Shown here piece by piece: positions 30,048-35,398 of a DNA stretch of 35,398 nucleotides (the first letter of the stretch is position 1; each line of letters starts with the position of its first letter). This DNA comes from a virus. Lineage: Duplodnaviria > Heunggongvirae > Uroviricota > Caudoviricetes. Below the pieces are notes generated by a model. That model saw only the letters and a list, made by a program, of their open reading frames with translations, made no database searches and was not told the origin of the DNA. The stretch lies in the IMG/VR virus record IMGVR_UViG_2541047928_000016; one strand, 5' to 3'. A program made the translations under genes and the position numbers.

Positions 30048-32519
30048 ATGAGTAAAGTCTTTATTTGCGCCGCTATTCCTGACGAACTGGCAACAAGGGA
30101 AGAAGGCGCTGTGGCTGTAGCCACAGCCATTGAAGCTGGCGACGAACGCCGTGCTCGAGCAAAATTTCACTGGCAGTTCCTGGAACATTATCCGGCTGCT
30201 CAGGACTGCGCTTATAAATTTATTGTCTGCGAGGATAAACCTGGCATACCCCGCCCTGCCCTCGATTCATGGGATGCTGAATATATGCAGGAAAACCGCT
30301 GGGATGAGGAGTCTGCTTCTTTTGTCCCGGTTGAGACTGAATCCGATCCGATGAACGTCACTTTTGACAAGCTGGCCCCTGAAGTACAGAACGCTGTCAT
30401 GGTTAAGTTCGACACATGTGAAAACATCACCGTTGATATGGTTATTAGCGCACAGGAATTGTTGCAGGAAGACATGGCAACATTCGACGGACATATCGTT
30501 GAAGCGTTGATGAAAATGCCAGAAGTTAACGCCATGTATCCGGAGCTTAAGTTGCACGCCATTGGGTGGGTTAAGCATAAATGTATTCCTGGTGCTAAAT
30601 GGCCCGAAATTCAGGCAGAGATGCGCATCTGGAAAAAACGTCGCGAAGGTGAACGCAAGGAAACCGGAAAATACACGTCTGTTGTTGATCTCGCCCGCGC
30701 CAGAGCCAATCAACAGTACACTGAAAATTCAACAGGAAAAATCAGCCCGGTCATTGCTGCCATTCATCGCGAATACAAGCAGACATGGAAAACACTGGAT
30801 GACGAACTGGCCTACGCTCTCTGGCCTGGTGATGTGGATGCCGGAAACATTGACGGCAGCATCCATCGCTGGGCAAAAAAAGAAGTTATCGACAACGACC
30901 GCGAAGACTGGAAGCGTATCTCGGCATCAATGCGCAAACAGCCTGATGCCCTTCGCTACGACCGCCAAACTATTTTTGGCCTTGTCCGTGAGCGTCCGAT
31001 CGACATTCACAAAGATCCCGTAGCACTGAACAAATATATCTGCGAATACCTGACGACAAAGGGCGTGTTTGAGAATGAAGAAACAGACCTGGGCACTGTT
31101 GATGTTCTCCAGTCATCAGAAACACAAACTGATGCAGTGGAAACTGAGGTATCTGATATCCCAAAAAATGAAACCGCGCCGGAAGCTGAACCATCTGTAG
31201 AGCGTGAGGGGCCGTTCTATTTCCTCTTCGCAGATAAGGACGGAGAAAAATACGGTCGCGCAAACAAACTTTCTGGTCTGGATAAGGCACTGGCTGCTGG
31301 CGCCACTGAAATCACAAAAGAAGAATATTTTGCCCGAAAAAATGGCACATACACGGGCTTACCGCAAAATGTAGATACCGCTGAAGATTCAGAACAACCA
31401 GAGCCGATAAAAGTTACCGCTGACGAAGTAAACAAAATTATGCAGGCAGCCAATATCAGCCAGCCTGACGCCGATAAGTTGCTTGCTGCATCACGTGGTG
31501 AATTTGTTGAAGGGATTAGTGACCCGAATGATCCGAAATGGGTTAAGGGGATCCAGACCCGCGATTCTGTGAACCAGAACCAGCATGAATCGGAACGGAA
31601 CTACCAAAAAGCGGAACAAAACAGTCCAAATGCGTTACAAAACGAGCCAGAAACGAAACAGCCTGAACCAGTGGCGCAACAGGAAGTGGAAAAAGCCTGC
31701 ACCGCCTGCGGTCAGACCGGCGGCGGCAACTGCCCTGATTGTGGCGCGGTGATGGGCGACGCAACATACCAAGAAACATTCGATGAAGAGTATCAGGTTG
31801 AAGTTCAGGAAGATGATCCGGAGGAAATGGAAGGCGCTGAACATCCACACAAGGAGAACACTGGCGGCAATCAGCATCACAATAGCGATAATGAAACTGG
31901 CGAGACGGCAGATCACCCAATTAAGGTGAACGGTCATCACGAAATCACATCCACCAGCAGGACGTGTGACCATCTAATGATCGACCTTGAAACCATGGGA
32001 AAAAATCCTGATGCCCCGATCATCTCAATAGGTGCAATATTTTTCGATCCGCAAACCGGAGATATGGGACCGGAATTTAGTAAGACTATCGATCTGGAAA
32101 CTGCTGGCGGAGTCATTGATCGGGACACCATTAAATGGTGGCTTAAGCAATCACGCGAAGCGCAATCTGCCATTATGACCGATGAAATCCCGTTAGATGA
32201 TGCACTGTTACAATTGCGGGAATTTATCGACGAAAACTCCGGTGAATTTTTTGTTCAGGTTTGGGGAAATGGAGCCAACTTCGACAACACGATTTTGCGC
32301 CGTTCATACGAACGGCAGGGGATCCCCTGCCCGTGGCGTTACTACAACGATCGCGATGTACGCACAATCGTTGAGCTGGGGAAAGCCATAGACTTCGATG
32401 CCAGAACGGCTATTCCATTCGAAGGTGAGCGCCATAATGCACTTGATGACGCCCGTTACCAGGCAAAATACGTTTCAGTTATCTGGCAAAAACTGATCCC
32501 GAGTCAGGCTGATTCTTAA
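30048..32519 (+). CDS. Large multidomain protein (823 aa) with C-terminal DnaQ-like DEDDh 3'-5' exonuclease domain, internal zinc ribbon and acidic linker; YdfE-family
   Basis: Exo motifs HLMIDLETMG (Exo I), GNGANFDNTIL (Exo II), HNALDDARY (Exo III); zinc ribbon CTACGQTGGGNCPDCG; Glu/Asp/Gln-rich low-complexity segment aa 570-640. Confidence 0.85.
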   Translation: MSKVFICAAIPDELATREEGAVAVATAIEAGDERRARAKFHWQFLEHYPAAQDCAYKFIVCEDKPGIPRPALDSWDAEYMQENRWDEESASFVPVETESDPMNVTFDKLAPEVQNAVMVKFDTCENITVDMVISAQELLQEDMATFDGHIVEALMKMPEVNAMYPELKLHAIGWVKHKCIPGAKWPEIQAEMRIWKKRREGERKETGKYTSVVDLARARANQQYTENSTGKISPVIAAIHREYKQTWKTLDDELAYALWPGDVDAGNIDGSIHRWAKKEVIDNDREDWKRISASMRKQPDALRYDRQTIFGLVRERPIDIHKDPVALNKYICEYLTTKGVFENEETDLGTVDVLQSSETQTDAVETEVSDIPKNETAPEAEPSVEREGPFYFLFADKDGEKYGRANKLSGLDKALAAGATEITKEEYFARKNGTYTGLPQNVDTAEDSEQPEPIKVTADEVNKIMQAANISQPDADKLLAASRGEFVEGISDPNDPKWVKGIQTRDSVNQNQHESERNYQKAEQNSPNALQNEPETKQPEPVAQQEVEKACTACGQTGGGNCPDCGAVMGDATYQETFDEEYQVEVQEDDPEEMEGAEHPHKENTGGNQHHNSDNETGETADHPIKVNGHHEITSTSRTCDHLMIDLETMGKNPDAPIISIGAIFFDPQTGDMGPEFSKTIDLETAGGVIDRDTIKWWLKQSREAQSAIMTDEIPLDDALLQLREFIDENSGEFFVQVWGNGANFDNTILRRSYERQGIPCPWRYYNDRDVRTIVELGKAIDFDARTAIPFEGERHNALDDARYQAKYVSVIWQKLIPSQADS

Positions 32520-32591
32520 TGTTCAACTGTCGCCGGTTGTGACTGGTATTCTGCAACCGGCGCTCGTCTGATGTAAGAGATAAAGAAATCG

Positions 32592-32843
32592 ATGAGCGAA
32601 GTAATCATGATTGTCTCTCCCGGCAAATGGGTATCCGAAGAGCAGTTAATTGCGCTGAAAGGAATAAAAAAAGGTACGTTAAAAAAGGCCCGGGAAAAAT
32701 CGTTTATGGAAGGAAGGGAATATAAGCATGTCGCTCATGACGGTATGCCATGGGATAACAGTCCATGCTTTTACAACCTGGAAGAAATTGATCGCTGGAT
32801 TGAGCGCCAGGCATCAGCGAGACCAAGACGTCATCTTACTTGA
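32592..32843 (+). CDS. Excisionase-like small DNA-binding protein (83 aa)
   Basis: Small basic ORF immediately upstream of the integrase and ending 20 nt before it; the excisionase call rests on position and size only. Confidence 0.55.
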   Translation: MSEVIMIVSPGKWVSEEQLIALKGIKKGTLKKAREKSFMEGREYKHVAHDGMPWDNSPCFYNLEEIDRWIERQASARPRRHLT

Positions 32844-32862
32844 CTAAAAGCCACACTAACTA

Positions 32863-34158
32863 ATGAGAGAAGTTGAAATGAAATATCCGACAGGCGTGGA
32901 AAACCATGGAGGGAAATTACGTATCTGGTTTGTTTATAAAGGCGTAAGAGTCAGGGAAAATCTGGGGGTTCCTGACACAGCAAAAAACAGGCGCGTTGCA
33001 GGTGAACTACGCTCCTCTGTTTGTTACGCAATAAAAACTGGTGTTTTCGACTATGCAAAACAGTTTCCCTCCTCACGCAATCTGGAAAAATTTGGTGAGG
33101 CCCGACAAGATTTAACCATAAAAGAACTGGCTGAAAAATTTCTGGCACTGAAAGAAACTGAAGTCGCCAAAACATCACTCAACACATACCGTGCCGTCAT
33201 CAAAAATATCCTGAGCATAATCGGTGAAAAAAATCTTGCCTCATCGATTAATAAAGAAAAATTACTGGAGGTTCGTAAAGAGCTACTGACTGGATACCAG
33301 ATCCCCAAAAGTAACTATATTGTTACACAACCAGGGAGATCGGCTGTAACTGTAAATAATTACATGACAAATCTTAACGCCGTGTTCCAGTTTGGTGTTG
33401 ATAACGGTTACCTGGCAGATAATCCGTTTAAGGGGATCTCGCCATTAAAGGAATCAAGAACCATTCCGGATCCTCTTGCGCGGGAGGAATTTATCCGTCT
33501 TATCGATGCATGCAGAAATCAGCAAGCAAAAAATTTATGGTGTGTTTCTGTTTATACTGGCGTTCGCCCTGGTGAGCTGTGTGCACTTGGATGGGAGGAC
33601 ATAGATCTGAAAAATGGAACAATGATGATCAGGAGAAATTTAGCAAAAGACCGTTTCACGGTACCAAAAACACAGGCGGGAACCAATCGGGTCATTCATC
33701 TTATTAAGCCAGCAATCGACGCTCTCCGGAGTCAGATGACATTAACGAGACTGAGCAAAGAGCATATCATTGATGTTCACCTCAGAGAGTATGGCAGAAC
33801 AGAAAAACAAAAATGCACCTTTGTTTTTCAACCTGAAGTGTCAGCGAGAGTAAAAAATTATGGTGACCATTTTACCGTTGACTCAATAAGGCAGATGTGG
33901 GACGCAGCGATAAAACGTGCCGGACTCCGCCATCGAAAATCATATCAGTCGAGACATACTTATGCCTGCTGGTCGCTGACAGCTGGTGCTAACCCGGCAT
34001 TTATAGCAAACCAGATGGGCCATGCAGATGCGCAAATGGTATTTCAGGTATACGGAAAATGGATGTCTGAAAACAATAATGCACAGGTAGCTTTGTTAAA
34101 TACACAGTTAAGCGAGTTTGCCCCAACCATGCCCCATAACGAAGCAATGAAAAATTAA
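32863..34158 (+). CDS. Tyrosine site-specific integrase (lambda Int family), about 426-431 aa
   Basis: C-terminal catalytic region with conserved R (VYTGVRPGE), H-x-x-R (HRKSYQSRHTYA) and GH...VYGKW tyrosine; alternative ATG at 32878. Confidence 0.9.
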   Translation: MREVEMKYPTGVENHGGKLRIWFVYKGVRVRENLGVPDTAKNRRVAGELRSSVCYAIKTGVFDYAKQFPSSRNLEKFGEARQDLTIKELAEKFLALKETEVAKTSLNTYRAVIKNILSIIGEKNLASSINKEKLLEVRKELLTGYQIPKSNYIVTQPGRSAVTVNNYMTNLNAVFQFGVDNGYLADNPFKGISPLKESRTIPDPLAREEFIRLIDACRNQQAKNLWCVSVYTGVRPGELCALGWEDIDLKNGTMMIRRNLAKDRFTVPKTQAGTNRVIHLIKPAIDALRSQMTLTRLSKEHIIDVHLREYGRTEKQKCTFVFQPEVSARVKNYGDHFTVDSIRQMWDAAIKRAGLRHRKSYQSRHTYACWSLTAGANPAFIANQMGHADAQMVFQVYGKWMSENNNAQVALLNTQLSEFAPTMPHNEAMKN

Positions 34159-34186
34159 TTTAATATTTATCAAATAGTTAACACGC

Positions 34187-35398
34187 ATGACTCTTGAAAT
34201 CCATAACATCCAGAGCATTCTTGGGATCCAGTCGATCGACACCGGGATCCTCGGTGCGGTGATCGCCGGTATTATCGTCTGGATGCTGCATGAGCGATTC
34301 CATAATATCCGCCTGCCGGATGCGCTGGCATTCTTCGGCGGTACGCGCTTCGTACCAATCATCTCCTCGCTAGTGATGGGTCTTGTCGGCCTGGTGATTC
34401 CATTAGTCTGGCCGATTTTCGCCATGGGTATTAGCGGCTTAGGCCATATGATCAACAGCGCGGGAGATTTCGGACCGATGCTGTTTGGTACCGGTGAACG
34501 TCTGCTGTTGCCGTTTGGTCTGCATCACATTCTGGTGGCATTAATTCGCTTTACCGACGCAGGCGGCACGCAGGAAGTCTGCGGTCAAACCGTCAGCGGT
34601 GCACTGACCATCTTCCAGGCGCAATTGAGTTGCCCAACCACTCACGGTTTTTCTGAAAGCGCCACGCGTTTCCTTTCGCAAGGTAAAATGCCTGCGTTTC
34701 TCGGCGGTCTGCCAGGTGCAGCGTTAGCTATGTATCACTGTGCGCGCCCGGAAAATCGCCATAAAATTAAAGGTCTGCTGATTTCTGGCCTGATCGCCTG
34801 TGTCGTTGGCGGCACGACCGAACCGCTGGAATTCCTGTTCCTGTTCGTAGCGCCAGTTCTGTATGTCATCCACGCGCTGTTAACCGGCCTCGGCTTCACT
34901 GTCATGTCTGTGCTCGGCGTCACCATCGGTAATACCGACGGCAATATCATCGACTTTGTGGTGTTCGGTATTTTGCATGGTCTGTCAACCAAGTGGTACA
35001 TGGTGCCAGTAGTGGCGGCAATCTGGTTTGTCGTTTACTACATCATCTTCCGTTTCGCTATCACCCGCTTCAATCTCAAAACCCCGGGGCGCGATAGTGA
35101 AGTTGCCAGTTCAATCGAAAAAGCCGTTGCCGGTGCGCCGGGTAAATCAGGTTACAACGTTCCGGCAATCCTCGAAGCCTTAGGCGGTGCCGACAATATT
35201 GTCAGCCTCGATAACTGCATTACGCGTCTGCGTTTGTCTGTAAAAGATATGTCGCTTGTTAATGTGCAGGCACTGAAGGACAATCGGGCAATTGGCGTAG
35301 TACAACTTAATCAACATAACCTGCAGGTTGTTATCGGGCCACAAGTTCAGTCAGTAAAAGATGAAATGGCCGGTCTGATGCATACTGTCCAGGCATAA
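34187..35398 (+). CDS. PTS glucose-family EIICB component, 3' portion (403 aa); appears 5'-truncated at the prophage junction (possibly MalX/PtsG-like)
   Basis: Multiple TM helices then C-terminal EIIB domain with phosphorylation-site motif NCITRLRLSV; shorter than typical EIICB by roughly 70-120 N-terminal residues; integrase gene lies 29 nt upstream. Confidence 0.75.
   Translation: MTLEIHNIQSILGIQSIDTGILGAVIAGIIVWMLHERFHNIRLPDALAFFGGTRFVPIISSLVMGLVGLVIPLVWPIFAMGISGLGHMINSAGDFGPMLFGTGERLLLPFGLHHILVALIRFTDAGGTQEVCGQTVSGALTIFQAQLSCPTTHGFSESATRFLSQGKMPAFLGGLPGAALAMYHCARPENRHKIKGLLISGLIACVVGGTTEPLEFLFLFVAPVLYVIHALLTGLGFTVMSVLGVTIGNTDGNIIDFVVFGILHGLSTKWYMVPVVAAIWFVVYYIIFRFAITRFNLKTPGRDSEVASSIEKAVAGAPGKSGYNVPAILEALGGADNIVSLDNCITRLRLSVKDMSLVNVQALKDNRAIGVVQLNQHNLQVVIGPQVQSVKDEMAGLMHTVQA

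Noticed and set aside
34159-34186. Looked for a tRNA or tmRNA gene at the integration junction
   Set aside because: No cloverleaf-compatible sequence or CCA-ending stem found next to the integrase; the junction is inside a protein-coding gene instead.
34108-34455. 115-aa minus-strand ORF spanning the integrase/PTS junction
   Set aside because: Overlaps the ends of two well-supported plus-strand genes; Pro/Ile-rich translation without recognisable features.

Overview
This window is about 34 kb of an integrated lambdoid prophage, read in reverse map order, ending at a host PTS transporter gene. Positions 1-13362 (all minus strand) carry a complete phage-lambda-type head/tail morphogenesis module, L (partial) through Nu1, with lambda-like gene order, sizes and protein sequences as far as I can recall them. 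A recognisable cos site lies at about 13540-13551. The rest is an AT-richer region resembling the E. coli Qin/phage-21 type: small cargo genes (RHH protein, YdfO-like, GnsB, CspI), a phage-21-type lysis cassette, cold-shock genes cspB/cspF, Q antiterminator, ydfU, rem-like, relB-relE-hokD, flxA, an IS-type transposase, an O-like replication initiator with iterons, dicC/dicA immunity, the dicB operon with DicF sRNA, an 823-aa exonuclease-domain protein, excisionase and integrase. The final ORF (34187-35398) is a PTS EIICB gene that appears 5'-truncated at the prophage junction. I found no convincing evidence of a wholly novel system; nearly everything is recognisable. The items most worth follow-up are a small zinc-ribbon ORF in the late leader, an ambiguous sense/antisense ORF pair in the dicB operon, unassigned proteins at 21301-21579, 25543-25962 and 26949-27470, and the IS insertion. 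Identifications come from reading the ORF translations and from recalled lambda/K-12 sequences; no searches were run, so paralog-level names and exact starts are provisional.
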